Shown: positions 26,511 to 39,120 of the stretch, piece by piece
Layout of the letters: every line of letters begins with the position of its first letter
Numbering within the stretch: position 1 is the stretch's first letter
Assembly (NCBI RefSeq): GCF_001194135.2
Contig: NC_068985.1
Coordinates: 56,228,933 to 56,292,932, forward strand
DNA length: 64,000 nt
Source: Octopus bimaculoides
Lineage: Eukaryota
Direction of reading: 5' to 3'
Made by a program: the position numbers and the translations under genes
Notes under the pieces: model-generated
The model's input: the letters and a program-made list of their open reading frames with translations, nothing else
Databases searched by the model: none
Told to the model about the DNA's origin: nothing

Positions 26511-27440
26511 CATATATGTCCTGGATATGACTCTAAGCTGCATCCGGTAATGGAGCTCCAGTTCAGGAGTTCCAGGGTTTTGAGGAATGTGGAACCACTT
26601 CTAGATTGGAGCAGTAATACCCGTTGGGGTCCTAGCTATGGGTTAATTAGTATATGAGCGCCGGGGCGTAGAAATACTCGGGTAGGTGGCCTGGAACGCA
26701 GCAAACCCACTGAAGGCGATGGAACCCGTCTAGGAGAAGGGTTAACTCGTATATAAAGCCGGAGCTCTGCTGACTCGGATATATTGTACTTTGTTTATCT
26801 CTAGGTTCTTTGATATTGCTAGTGAAAGTCGTTGTGGAGTGGACAAGCCGCACTCGACATAAAATCCTTGCATGGACATTACTGACACTACATGTCAGTG
26901 ATGGTCATGCTCGTCTAACGAGTAGACAGCCATCATATATATAAACATAAACACACACACGCATAGAGTTTATAGGTCCAATATAGGTAGAATCAACAAA
27001 AAAGTACTCCAATGAGTGTTAAATATCAATTTAATACACTTACTGGAAGAGCTGTTGAAAGATCTTGTTGTCTGCTAGAGAATGGTAGGGATTCGCTCCC
27101 CTGCAAGCAATATATATGTATGTACAAGATGTAGTGCTGTACCGATAACCAGCTGGCGGAAAATCTGCCTGGGATTAAACTAGTTGTAACATGGAACAGC
27201 CATGTTAAACAAGAGTTAACATGGGGTTAAACAGTAGTAACATAGAACAGATGTGGCGATTAACTTTACAGGTTAGTATAGTTACTACTCTGATCTCTTC
27301 TTGTGATAGCTACTTTGCTTAGGTATGTACATATATGTATGTATACGTGCATAGGCTCATATATCATTTGTATTATTATATTATCGAACGCTACAGGTCT
27401 ATTTGCAAGTAAGTTTTAACTTTATATTTCTGACGCGCAC

Positions 27441-27516
<76 letters not shown>

Positions 27517-27796
27517 CCCGTCCCAGCTTGTATATGTAAAATCAGCATAAGCACAAGCCTCCCGCAATAAAAGAGAACACCACCGAAGTCAGCACTACAT
27601 CATATCCTGACGATGAGGCTGAGATTACCTGGAAGAGCTGATAAAGATGAATTTGGAAACGTTGTTTTTCATCCAATATTACAACGGTTTGATACGCATA
27701 AAAAACCTCCTCTGAAAAGATTCTATTGGAGCATAGTCGTAGATCAGATCTAACAGAAAGTTGTTGAACATACATACATACATACATACATACATA

Positions 27797-28891
27797 TGCC
27801 TTTGAATGTCGCATCATATACCTTCGGCAACATCTTTTAACCACCAAGTGCCGAAGTGCATCCCTTGACCAATTTTGCATACATGTGGCTGATAACGTCA
27901 TAAGACTTGGGAGGCAGCTCCTTGAGAAGCACTCTTTGTCTGATAACCTAGGATACATGCCCAAAGAAGTCACACGACTCTACCGCAATGTATCATCAGA
28001 TGAAAGGATGAGCCTATATGAGGAGAAGGCTATGTATGGATATGGCAGTAGAAAGCTCCGTGATGATAGTAACATCGATCATCAAAGCAGTTTATCATGG
28101 ACCAATAGCCGGATTACTACCTTCCACTTTGAAGGGTATGTGTTTGCAATCCAGGAACAGGAAATATCAACCAAGTACCTGAGGCACAAAAGGGAGAGAG
28201 ATACAGGGAAAGCAGTAAAATGTGACAACTGATACAGACTTTGTGGAGTTAACACCGAAGACATCACCCACATCATAAGCAGTTGTCCGAAAATGTCATA
28301 ACGGTATTATCTACCGATGAGACATGATGTTGTAGCTAGGACATTCTATAATGAAATCCGTGAGAAGGATAATCCTGAGGACAGAAGTACCCACAATATG
28401 GTAGAAGCCATAGGAATACTGGTGGAATGTACCAGTGGAGACCTTAATAAAATGTAAGTACAACAAACCTGACATAATGATTTGGGATAGAGAAGAGAAA
28501 CTGTGCACAGTTGTGGAAATTAGCTGCCCAGCGGATGTTAACATGAAGTTGACAATCAGTGAAAAAGAGAAGGCCTATACTGAACTATTGAGAAATCTAC
28601 AATTACTCTAGCCAGATTACAAGTTCAGGTTTATACCTGTAATTATTGGGGCCCTAGGATATGTAACACACTGCCTAAATACCAATCTTGAGAAATTAGG
28701 CTTCTCAAAACCAAAAAGGAGAAAGCTAATTCGAAGACTACAGATCCAGTCCGTCACTGAAACTGTAAAAATCTGTAAAACTTTCCAGAAGTTTATCATC
28801 TAAATATATATGAGCATGTCTAGGAGCCTTTGATCTAGGTTAGAAACCAGTTCTTTCTCTATTGGCAAGAAATCTTGAAATAAACTGAATG
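27797..28891 (+). mobile_element. R4/Dong-like non-LTR retrotransposon, 5'-truncated (zinc knuckle and restriction-like endonuclease)
   Basis: AFECRIIYLRQHL..., FEGYVFAIQEQEISTKYL, RLCGVNTEDITHIISSCP...RHDVVA, NKPDIMIWDREEKLCTVVEISCP, FIPVIIGALG...KTFQKFII-stop; has stops and frameshifts; flanked by (CATA)n on both sides. Confidence 0.92.
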
Positions 28892-29104
28892 ACATACATA
28901 CACACATACATACATGCATGCATACATACATACATATATACATACATACATACATACATATAAATACATACAAACATAAACGTTCATTTATATACATGCT
29001 TGCGTACATTACTTACATATATACATACATGCATATACTCATGCATATATACATATATACTTTACATACTTACATATATACAAGCATGCATGCATGCATA
29101 TATA

Positions 29105-29156
<52 letters not shown>

Positions 29157-30194
29157 CTTACGTACACACATACATACGTTCATGCATGTGTACATATATG
29201 CATTTATACGTATGTGCGTGTGAGTATATATGTGTGTGCGCACGCATTTGTTTATGCATCAGTAAGTTAAATTAGCAGTACATATCGAATTCTGTGCATC
29301 TGTGCACCCCAGAAGGATTAACAGTTATGCATAGCATAGAACAGAATAGTCTTAATGTTGAAGTAGATGTGATCTTTGCCAATTGTTGATCGTTGGAATC
29401 AGATATTATGTGAAGGAAACTAAAAGTTACTGCTGTACAGCGATCTTCTAGCTTGAAACAAGTCACGAAGCGTCCACTTTAATGACATCGATACTCGATA
29501 ACCAATCAATAATACACTGTTTAAAGACTGTGATTAAATTGTTTTGCTTCTACGAAGTACCATTTCGATACCTCGTAAAGTCTGTAAACACTTCATTTGG
29601 ATTACTGCTTTCAACTGTCGAATTTTACTGTATTATTTTCACATTAGACTGAATGAAAGAAGACGATATTGTGCAAATATAATACCGGCCTCATTGTGTG
29701 GTACCATTATATTTTTACATCCTTTATCATTTTTTCCCTTTCTGATTCTTCCGTATTTATAACAGAGTCTCTAATAATAAGGAAACGAAAGGAAACATAT
29801 TTTTGACATCCCGTATTTGAAGTCAGGGAATTTTAAATCCCATTGTGTATAAATACCAAAATAGGTACCTTCAGTCAGATTTCTTGACACCATAAAATAA
29901 TTTACTAGAGTTGGAACAGTTCAATAATCGATAAATCAGTTTTTGTCATGTTCCAGCGTTAATACATAGTCTCTGTTTGATTGATTTAGTCTATTGTTCA
30001 ATTCGTTTCAGGTTTGTCTCGCATCTAACCATTCGATTACATTATTATAGTCGTGGTAGTAATCACAATAGTAATAGTTGTGACTAGTCCTGTAAACTAT
30101 AAGATGTTAGGTCATGGAAGCCCACATGGAGGGACCGCCTTCATATATGTATGTATATATATATATTCTGGGTGTGCTTACTCGTGTATATATA

Positions 30195-31010
30195 CAGAAT
30201 GCGGTGAATAACTGTCGTCTAAATTACGCAAAAATAATAATATTGACATCGCATTTTAACAAATATATTTGCCAAAATTACATAAAATTATCTTGAAATA
30301 CTAAAAAGTAAACTTATTCAATAAAATCACCATTGGCTTCAACCACAGCCTCCACACAACTACGGAATCTCCTGCAACTATTCTGGACAGTCTCCTTGTT
30401 TAAGTTGGCGAATGATACCATAATCTTTGCCTTCAGTTTATCTTTGGTGTTACAAGGAGTTCTGTTGGTCTCCCTCCCTCAACTATGCATCACACATAAT
30501 AATCAAGGGGGTTGCAGTCTGAGGAGTTAGGTGGCTAGATGTTAGGGGTGATGTGGTCACAGAAATTGTCTGACAGTCACGACTGGGTTCTCTTGCTTGT
30601 GTGGTATGGTGCAGAGTCCTGTTGCCAGACATAGGGTGTTCCAGCAGCCACGTTCTTGACCCAGGGCAACACTACCTCTTCCTGGTACTTGATGTAGGCT
30701 TCCGTGTTGAGTGTGAGGCCGTGTGGAAAGATGGAGGCATAACGTCACCATCACTATTGATCACTCCAAACACCATGATGTTGACTGGATGTTTGATTTT
30801 AATTACTCTCGGTACATTTTCTAAGATTGCGCTGTCCTCAGATTGACACCCAAACACTCTGAAATGTTCGTATTGGAGCTTCCGGCGCGAACGCCAAGCA
30901 GTACAGCATGTCGTTTCCACGTTTCTGGCAGAGTGAATTGCGTCATGGTGCCCGACAGAGTTTATACGCATACCCCAAAACATTTCCCGTAAACGAACTT
31001 AAAGGACACA
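30195..31010 (-). mobile_element. Internally deleted DD37D (maT) Tc1/mariner element
   Basis: N-terminus MTQFTLPETWKRHAVLLGVRAGSSNTNISECLGVNLRT joins directly to KHPVNIMVFGV; QQDSAP...(37 aa)...NPLDYY; TA-CAG terminus at 30193-30197; the other end probably lies in the gap. Confidence 0.88.
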
Positions 31011-31371
31011 NNNNNNNNNNNNNNNNNNNNNNNNNNNNNNNNNNNNNNNNNNNNNNNNNNNNNNNNNNNNNNACACACACACACACACACACACAAAAAT
31101 CAGTCTAATAGGCCAAAAGTCACCCGACAGTAAATCAAAATTCCATAAATACTATCTTTAATTCTCTGTTGACTCGAATTGAAAAATATGTCACCCAAGA
31201 AGGACTTCAGTTTAATATATGATGGAATTAAATGGTTTTGATTTACTGTCGGGTGATTTTTGGCCAACTATATATATACACATACACATACAACTATATA
31301 TATATATATATACACACATACACACACACATATGTACATATATATGTATGTGTGTGTATACACATAGAAAC

Positions 31372-31595
31372 ACGCAAGAGTTACGGAATGGAGTTACGGT
31401 ACGTAAAATCCGGATTACTTATGTTTCATAGCGAGCGGAACCTCAGGAGTGGTAAAAATCCAAGCGAAGTGTATATCACCGGCTATTCCACAGGCCAAGG
31501 CTAACTTGATTCAATTAAAGGTTACATTGTTGTAAAGATGTACATGTTGACGTATGGAAGATTCAATCAGAATGTGTAGAGGGCAAAGTAGGAGT
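31372..31595 (+). repeat. Unclassified interspersed repeat (copy 2 of 2)
   Basis: Homologous to the reverse complement of 890-1125. Confidence 0.75.
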
Positions 31596-32119
31596 GGAGT
31601 AGAAGAAAGCTTTCCATCGTATCTGTCGAATCAATTCGTTTGTAGCGTGAATAACGAGTTTCATGTACTCGGTTTTGTTGGTAAGTGGGATATACTTAAG
31701 CGATAAATTTAATTTCATTTTCTCCATTCTCTAGAAGGCCTTTAGTCTACATGGTAGAATTAAGATAAGACGTGCAAAAGTAACGCTAATAAGAAAGAAT
31801 GTGACCCTTTCGGACTTGGAAATATATAAGTAAAAAACAAGACAAACCAAATTTAAAGTAAATTTAAAATCTACGACAAGAGCGGAAAAATCCCCAACTG
31901 ACCAAGAAAGCGGTCAGGCTAAAAAGGATGGACATTTTAGATACAGGATGGTCACGTGATACCGTTTAGGAAGGGAGATAAAAGAGCGTGTAATAAGGGG
32001 TAGAGAGTAAAATAGAGTGGGAGAGGGAAAGGTCGTATTAAGAGAAGAAAGAGTAGGAATAAGTGATACGGAAAAGGGAGAGAAAGGTGAAGAACATATT
32101 TTGCCCACCCCCACCACCG

Positions 32120-33360
32120 CACGTGGTCTGATCAATAAGTATCCGGTCGGCTGCCGTTGGAACGAAGCTGAAGCATATTGACCTTAAACTCTGCTGTGCA
32201 TGCGCACAAAGTTTTAACGTTCTAGCTCATTTCCCCTTTTTATAGTGCTTGGAAGGGACGTGTGTAGCGTGTGATCGTCGCATTGACCAAGAGTCTGCAT
32301 CAAATTTTGTCAAAAGTTTGGTGGTACCTGCTCAGAGGCCTACACAAAGTTACAGAAAGTGTATGGAGAGGAGTATATGAGTCGAAAAATGTCGATAGTG
32401 ACGAACGTTCTGGGAGACCTGCAACCAGCAGAACTGAGAAAAATATCGCAGCTGTGAGAGGAAATCGTCGAATCACCATCCGTGAGTTATCAGAAAATGT
32501 GCAGATTAATTACGGTTCAGTTCAGTCCATTATCACTGAAGAGTGGAGGCGCAATGGCCCAGTGGTTAGGGCATTGGACTCGCGGTCATAGGATCACGGT
32601 TTCGATTCCCAGACCGGGCGTTGTGAGTGTTTATTGAGAGAAAACACCTAAAGCTCCACGAGGCTCCGGCAGGGGATGGTGGCGAACCCTGCTGTACTCT
32701 TTCACCACAACTTTCTCTCACTTTTACTTCCTGTTTCTGTTGTGCCTGTAATTCAAAGGGTCAGCCTTGTCAGACTGTGTCACGCTGAATATCCCCGAGA
32801 ACTACATTGAGGGTACACGTGTCTGTGGAGTGCTCAGCCACTTGCACGTTAATTTCATGAGCAGGCTGTTCCGTTGATCGGATCAAATGGAACCCTCGAC
32901 CTCGTAAGCGACGGATTGCCAACAACAACAACAACAATTATCACTGAAGGTTTGGGTATGAGACGCGTGTCTGCTAAGTTTGTACCAAAGCTGTCTTCAG
33001 CTGACAACGTACCTGCCCATCCAGCACAGCTTGTGCAGCAGTTTTTGGCTCGACACAGCATTCCCCAGGTCCGACAGCCACCGTATTCTCAGATCTCGCC
33101 CCTTGTTACTTTTTTCGTCCTTCCAAAAAATTAAATCCTGCTTGAAAGGAAGAAAATTTCAGGACGCCGAGGAATTCAAAATGGCAGCTGCTGATTATCC
33201 CAGAAAACGAGTTCCAGGAATGCTTCCATCAATGGAAACAGCGCTGGATTAAGTGTGTGGCTTCCGAAGGGCACTACTTTGAAGGAGATTAAATGCCAAA
33301 TTGGTACGTATAGTAGTTTTCTATAGCATCAGTCCGGATATTTATTGATCAGACCTTGTA
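32120..33360 (+). mobile_element. Internally deleted mariner element with both TIRs, interrupted by a SINE
   Basis: TIRs ACGTGGTCTGATCAATAAGTATCCGG / CCGGATATTTATTGATCAGACCTTGTA; translation fragments CIKFCQK, SGRPATSRTEKNI, MRRVSAKFVPKL, NVPAH, QPPYS, LKGRKF, WIKCVASEGHYFEGD. Confidence 0.93.
32542..32936 (+). mobile_element. SINE family C, full length, nested in mariner
   Basis: Near-identical to 14883-15268; perfect 13-bp TSD ATTATCACTGAAG at 32529-32541 and 32937-32949. Confidence 0.96.
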
Positions 33361-33383
33361 TGTACGTATGGATGTGTGTGTGT

Positions 33384-33465
<82 letters not shown>

Positions 33466-33477
33466 TTATGTATGTAC

Positions 33478-33605
33478 AAGCGCAGATATAGCCATGTGTT
33501 TAAAAAGTTCGCTTCGCAACCATGTATTTTCAGGTTTGATTCCACTGCGTGGGACTTTGGGCAAGTGTCTCCTAATATGTGCCGAACTGACCAACGTCTT
33601 GTGAA
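33478..33605 (+). mobile_element. SINE family A, degenerate head
   Basis: GTTCGCTTCGCAACCATG...GATTCCACTGCGTGGGACTTTGGGCAAGTGTCT. Confidence 0.7.
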
Positions 33606-35720
33606 GAGGCACATGACCAATCGGTCCGAGGAACAAAGGCCATTATAGTAATGATAGAATACTCAGAGAAGGGAGTTAGCATGCCAGTGGCTCCGTATCT
33701 TGCCTATATTCTAGACACCCGGGTTAACTGCGGTATGCAGAGTTATGTTGTCGACGTAAATTCAACACGAAATGTGAAATGGTAATCCATTGCTATATTT
33801 ATCTGGTTATTCTAACTTTATTGACTCAATACTGTAATGCATACAAAACGATATTTTACTTCCATTTAACGCTCGTGTTTAAACTTGTACCAAAAAAAAA
33901 AAAAAAACCTGACAAAATATCAATTATTTTAAAATTTTGAAATCCAATTATTTGATGCAAGAGAACATTTTTCAAAAATAGAATGTTTTTTTTGTGTTCT
34001 TTCTATTTCATTAAAAAAAAAACAGTCTTCAGAAACAAAAGCAAGTAAAACGCCTAAATTGATAATAATAATAATAATAATAATAATAATANNNNNNNNN
34101 NNNNNNNNNNNNNNNNNNNNNNNNNNNNNNNNNNNNNNNNNNNNNNNNNNNNNNNNNNNNNNNNNNNNNNNNNNNNNNNNNNNNNNNNNNNNNNNNNNNN
34201 NNNNNNNNNNNNNNNNNNNNNNNNNNNNNNNNNNNNNNNNNNNNNNNNNNNNNNNNNNNNNNNNNNNNNNNNNNNNNNNNNNNNNNNNNNNNNNNNNNNN
34301 NNNNNNNNNNNNNNNNNNNNNNNNNNNNNNNNNNNNNNNNNNNNNNNNNNNNNNNNNNNNNNNNNNNNNNNNNNNNNNNNNNNNNNNNNNNNNNNNNNNN
34401 NNNNNNNNNNNNNNNNNNNNNNNNNNNNNNNNNNNNNNNNNNNNNNNNNNNNNNNNNNNNNNNNNNNNNNNNNNNNNNNNNNNNNNNNNNNNNNNNNNNN
34501 NNNNNNNNNNNNNNNNNNNNNNNNNNNNNNNNNNNNNNNNNNNNNNNNNNNNNNNNNNNNNNNNNNNNNNNNNNNNNNNNNNNNNNNNNNNNNNNNNNNN
34601 NNNNNNNNNNNNNNNNNNNNNNNNNNNNNNNNNNNNNNNNNNNNNNNNNNNNNNNNNNNNNNNNNNNNNNNNNNNNNNNNNNNNNNNNNNNNNNNNNNNN
34701 NNNNNNNNNNNNNNNNNNNNNNNNNNNNNNNNNNNNNNNNNNNNNNNNNNNNNNNNNNNNNNNNNNNNNNNNNNNNNNNNNNNNNNNNNNNNNNNNNNNN
34801 NNNNNNNNNNNNNNNNNNNNNNNNNNNNNNNNNNNNNNNNNNNNNNNNNNNNNNNNNNNNNNNNNNNNNNNNNNNNNNNNNNNNNNNTATATATAAATAC
34901 ATACATATATATGTGTGTGTGTGTGTAGGAAGAAACATATTTCGTTATTATTTATCGTACTGCAATACTGCAGTAATTACTGTTGCTGTTGTGTCTGGTC
35001 TGGCTGTCTGAAACTTATTTGGAGGTTATCTCCGTTTATATTTTTAACATTATATATACACATATATGTGCAGATTTCTCTCTCTCTTTCTCTCATTTGC
35101 TCTCTCTCTCTGACACACACAATACACACACACATACACACACACATATATATATATATACAAAAATATATAAATACATATATACGTATTGTATATATAT
35201 ATTTAAGTACCCATCTCCCCCCCCCTCTCTCTCTCTCTCTCTCTCGCTCTATCCATCTATTTACTTATGCATGTGTTTGTAACATATAGGCACATAGACA
35301 CATACACACACGCGCATATATATACTCAGAAACATTCACATACACTCATATATAGATTCGACATTGAGCTAGCACCCGCAGCAAAAAGAACATCACGTAA
35401 TACCAACCTCAATAGGGAACGCATCCAAGCGAGGGACAAAAGAATCACGACTGCTTCTGCCTAACTACACAACCCATGCACTAGAAACTACGGGACTGGA
35501 GGTTTTTCATTGTAGGAAATGTGTGGTATCCTTATTGCTACATATATATATATTTAATTATATGTATTTATTTTATCCTAATAAATAATAATTCGGATAG
35601 AATAAATGGGTTAATAGAAACCAAGGTAGCAAAGATCACAAAATAACTGTGGTGTAATTCCTGTTAGTGAGACAGAAACTCCTTGATATTTTGGGTATTT
35701 GAGTATATATAAAATTTTAA

Positions 35721-35940
35721 GGAATGGAGTAAACGCATGTTATAACTGCATACTTTATTCCGACATATGATTCTAAGAATTACAATTTATGCGATCCATA
35801 GGAATCGTCGATGTTAAAAATGTAAACTTCTCCCCAGGGAATGCATGGGAACCATCTTAAACGTAAGACATTATGACCGAGTATATAGAAACATATGTCG
35901 GAATAAAGTATGCAGTTATAACATGCGTTTACTCCATTCC
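35721..35940. mobile_element. Kolobok-like MITE (220 bp)
   Basis: Perfect 49-bp TIRs (35721-35769 and 35892-35940), GG...CC termini, TTAA on both sides (35717-35720 and 35941-35944). Confidence 0.85.
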
Positions 35941-35945
35941 TTAAA

Positions 35946-35987
<42 letters not shown>

Positions 35988-36266
35988 NNNNNNNNNNNNN
36001 NNNNNNNNNNNNNNNNNNNNNNNNNNNNNNNNNNNNNNNNNNNNNNNNNNNNNNNNNNNNNNNNNNNNNNNNNNNNNNNNNNNNNNNNNNNNNNNNNNNN
36101 NNNNNNNNNNNNNNNNNNNNNNNNNNNNNNNNNNNNNNNNNNNNNNNNNNNNNNNNNNNNNNNNNNNNNNNNNNNNNNNNNNNNNNNNNNNNNNNNNNNN
36201 NNNNNNNNNNNNNNNNNNNNNNNNNNNNNNNNNNNNNNNNNNNNNNNNNNNNNNNNNNNNNNNNNN

Positions 36267-36324
<58 letters not shown>

Positions 36325-36480
36325 CAGACGGGCTTCTTCCAGTTTGCGTCTAGCAAATCCACTCACAAGGCTTTGGTCGGCCCAGGTTACAGTGGAAGAC
36401 ACTTGTCTAAGGTGCCACGCAGTGGAATTGAACCCGGAACCATGCCGTTGGGAAGCAAGTTTCCTACTACACAGCCACAC
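36325..36480 (-). mobile_element. SINE family A, 5' half
   Basis: Reverse complement GTGGCTGTGTAGTAGGAAACTTGCTTCCCAAC...GGTTCAATTCCACTGCGTGGCACCTTAGACAAGTGTCTTC. Confidence 0.88.
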
Positions 36481-37080
36481 AATATATACACATATATGCA
36501 TAGAGAGCGGGAGAGAAAGAGAGGGCGAGTGAGAGAAAAGGAAAGAGAGAGGAAGGGAGAGGAAGAGAAAGAAAGAGAGGTACTAATGCAAATGAACACT
36601 TTGGGCTTGATATATAAAATATATATGCCTACAGATACAGGTGTAAAGATGTATAGAGATACTTATAAAGAGATATAAAAACTGAAAACATTCAGAAAAT
36701 GAACACTCGTGCATAATCATATAAATATTCCTATATTTTTATTAGATTTCTGGTTCGACAGCTGTTATAGTTGTAATGTTGGCAGATGGAGTGTGCGAAA
36801 AAAACCCCAAAGATATGCGACCAGTATTGGATGCATATAAACATTGCCTTAAAACTGGAGTCTGTCATCAGGATCGAAAGATAGGTAACAAGCAGTTCAG
36901 ATCATAAAGAAAGACTTCAGAGTGTAAGTTCAAATCATTATTTGCCAACAATGTAACCATTACATAATTCTGAGTCCCCAGAAACAGCTGTCGGACCTCA
37001 AATGCCATGATCTCTCCCTTTAGTTTTTTGTATTTTTTGAACTCCATGTAAATTGTTTATGTAAATATATAAATATCTAT

Positions 37081-37258
37081 AGGTGCAGGAGTGGCTGTGT
37101 AGTAAGTAGCTTGCTTACCAACCACATGGTTCCGGGTTCAGTCACACTGCGTGGCATCTTGGGCAAGTGTCTTCTACTATAGCCTCGGGCCGACCAAAAC
37201 CTTGTGAGTGAATTTGGTAGACGGAAACTGAAAGAAGCCCGTCGTATANNNNNNNNNN

Positions 37259-37295
<37 letters not shown>

Positions 37296-37422
37296 TTGTG
37301 TGCCTGTGTTTGTCCCCCTAGCATTGTTTGACAACCGATGCTGGTGTGTTTTCGTCCTCGTAACCTAGCGCTTCGGCAAGAGAACCGATAGAATAAGTAC
37401 TAGGCTTACAAAGAATAAGTCC
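37081..37422 (+). mobile_element. SINE family A, near full length, 3' end missing
   Basis: tRNA-like head GGAGTGGCTGTGTAGTAAGTAGCTTGCTTACCAACCACATGGTTCCGGGTTCAGTC, central (TG)n, AGAATAAGTACTAGGCTTACAAAGAATAAGTCC. Confidence 0.93.
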
Positions 37423-37449
37423 TTTTCAGCACTCACTCGCGTGTATGTA

Positions 37450-38700
37450 GAGGGTAGGGTAGCAAAATTTACAATGAACGTTAAGTTGTTTTTTCTCAGC
37501 AGGCACTAAGTCAATTTTTTTGAAACCTAGCATATATTGATGTCAGAATCATACCTGGCACTATTATCCGTACCTTTTCAGAAACTTTTGCCCATGTGAA
37601 TAATCAGGAAATCAAATGTCAAAGAGTGTGTGATTTGCTGAATGCACTCGTCACACCAAAGGAGATTTCAAGAATAGTTGGAGTGTCCATAAAGACTGTT
37701 TATAATGTAAAGAATAGAATGGCTATGGGCAAAACTATTACGAAGAAGTCTGGAAGTGAAGGAATCAACAAAAAACGTACCAAAGCTTTTATTAAAGCTC
37801 TCAAATCCAAAATCCTAAAGGATCCAACCAAATCCATGAGAAAAATGGCAATTGAACTTGAGGTAGACAACAAGACCATTAGAAATGCAATAAAATATGA
37901 TTTGAGATTAAAATCTTACACAAGAACACCAAAACACTTGTTAACAACAGCTATGAAGGAAAAGAGATTGGAAAGGTGTAAGAAAATTATTACATGGTTC
38001 AAGAAAAAATCCTCTATTGTAACGATATTTTCAGATGAAAAGATCTTCACTGTCGATGCTGTTCTGAATCGCAGAAATGACATATTTATCGCAAAATCGA
38101 CAGCTGAGGTTAAAGGGACATTCAAAACAAAACATCCTGCTCAAGTTATGGGTTTTGGTTTTGTGGCTTCCGATGAAAAGAAAATGCCTACAAAATTCTA
38201 CAAAGCTGATGAAAAGATCAATGTTAATACTTACTACAAGACTCTGAAAAACCAGGTATTGTCATGGCTTAAAGATGGTAATTATGTATGGACACAGGAT
38301 GGTGCTCCAGTCCACACAGCTAGAAAAATACAAGATTTCTGCAAATCCAACTTTAGCAATATTTTGGTATTATGTTTATGGCCGCCTTCTAGCCCAGATC
38401 TAAACCCTCTGGATTATACTCATAGAACATCACACAGCAATGTCGACTCTCTTAAAGATACTATTAAAGAAGAATGGGAGAAGTTGTCTCCCGAATATTT
38501 GAGGAACACTTGTGAAAGATTCAGGAAGCATGTGAAGGCAGTTATTGAGAAAGAAGGAGGACACATAGAATAAAAACATTTTCTATTATGTAAATTTTCT
38601 TGTGGCAAATAAATTCTCATGACTTTCTATAAACTAATTGGTCATACACTGTCTTTCAATCCCTGTCTCAAAATATTGTAAATTTTGCTTCCCCACCCTG
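37450..38700 (+). mobile_element. DD37D (maT/Bmmar1-like) Tc1/mariner transposon, both ends present
   Basis: 26-bp TIRs (23/26 match; 37450-37475 and 38675-38700), TA on both sides (37448-37449 and 38701-38702), encloses the transposase ORF. Confidence 0.96.
37596..38573 (+). CDS. DD37D transposase (open frame, probably disabled)
   Basis: N-terminal HTH-like region; IFSDEK, WTQDGAP and SPDLNPLDY with 37 residues between D2 and D3. The ATG at 37594 is out of frame (ATG TGA), and the helix after PLDY appears shortened by about 10 aa. Confidence 0.85.
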   Translation: MNNQEIKCQRVCDLLNALVTPKEISRIVGVSIKTVYNVKNRMAMGKTITKKSGSEGINKKRTKAFIKALKSKILKDPTKSMRKMAIELEVDNKTIRNAIKYDLRLKSYTRTPKHLLTTAMKEKRLERCKKIITWFKKKSSIVTIFSDEKIFTVDAVLNRRNDIFIAKSTAEVKGTFKTKHPAQVMGFGFVASDEKKMPTKFYKADEKINVNTYYKTLKNQVLSWLKDGNYVWTQDGAPVHTARKIQDFCKSNFSNILVLCLWPPSSPDLNPLDYTHRTSHSNVDSLKDTIKEEWEKLSPEYLRNTCERFRKHVKAVIEKEGGHIE

Positions 38701-38994
38701 TATGTATGAATCTGTGTGTTTATGTATGTATGTATGTACGTATGTATGTATGTATGTATGTATGTATGTATGTATATATGTATGTATGTATCTATATATC
38801 TATACATACATACATACATACATGTGTGTAAGATAATATTTGTCTAAAAACATGTTTTGTTCGTCTGAATCTTTGTAGACAAGCTTTTAAACGTTTAAAT
38901 GTTCTTTATATGAAAAAATATATTCTTTTACGTAGTTTAAATATTTCTATACGTTAGTCTAGATAGATAATACTCATCAGACCAGTAGAAATCA

Positions 38995-39039
38995 ACAACA
39001 ATAATAATAACAACAATAGAAACAACGATAACAACTACA

Positions 39040-39106
<67 letters not shown>

Positions 39107-39120
39107 CAACAACAACAACA
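38995..39120. repeat. (AAC)n(GAC)n trinucleotide tract
   Basis: Directly visible. Confidence 0.95.

Noticed and set aside
26655-26760. Resemblance to an RTE 5' UTR (CCCGTCTAGGAGAAGGG)
   Set aside because: Too short, and no downstream endonuclease ORF to support it.
27600-27670. CTGACGA...GAAACGTT hammerhead-like spacing
   Set aside because: No convincing stem I or stem II pairing.
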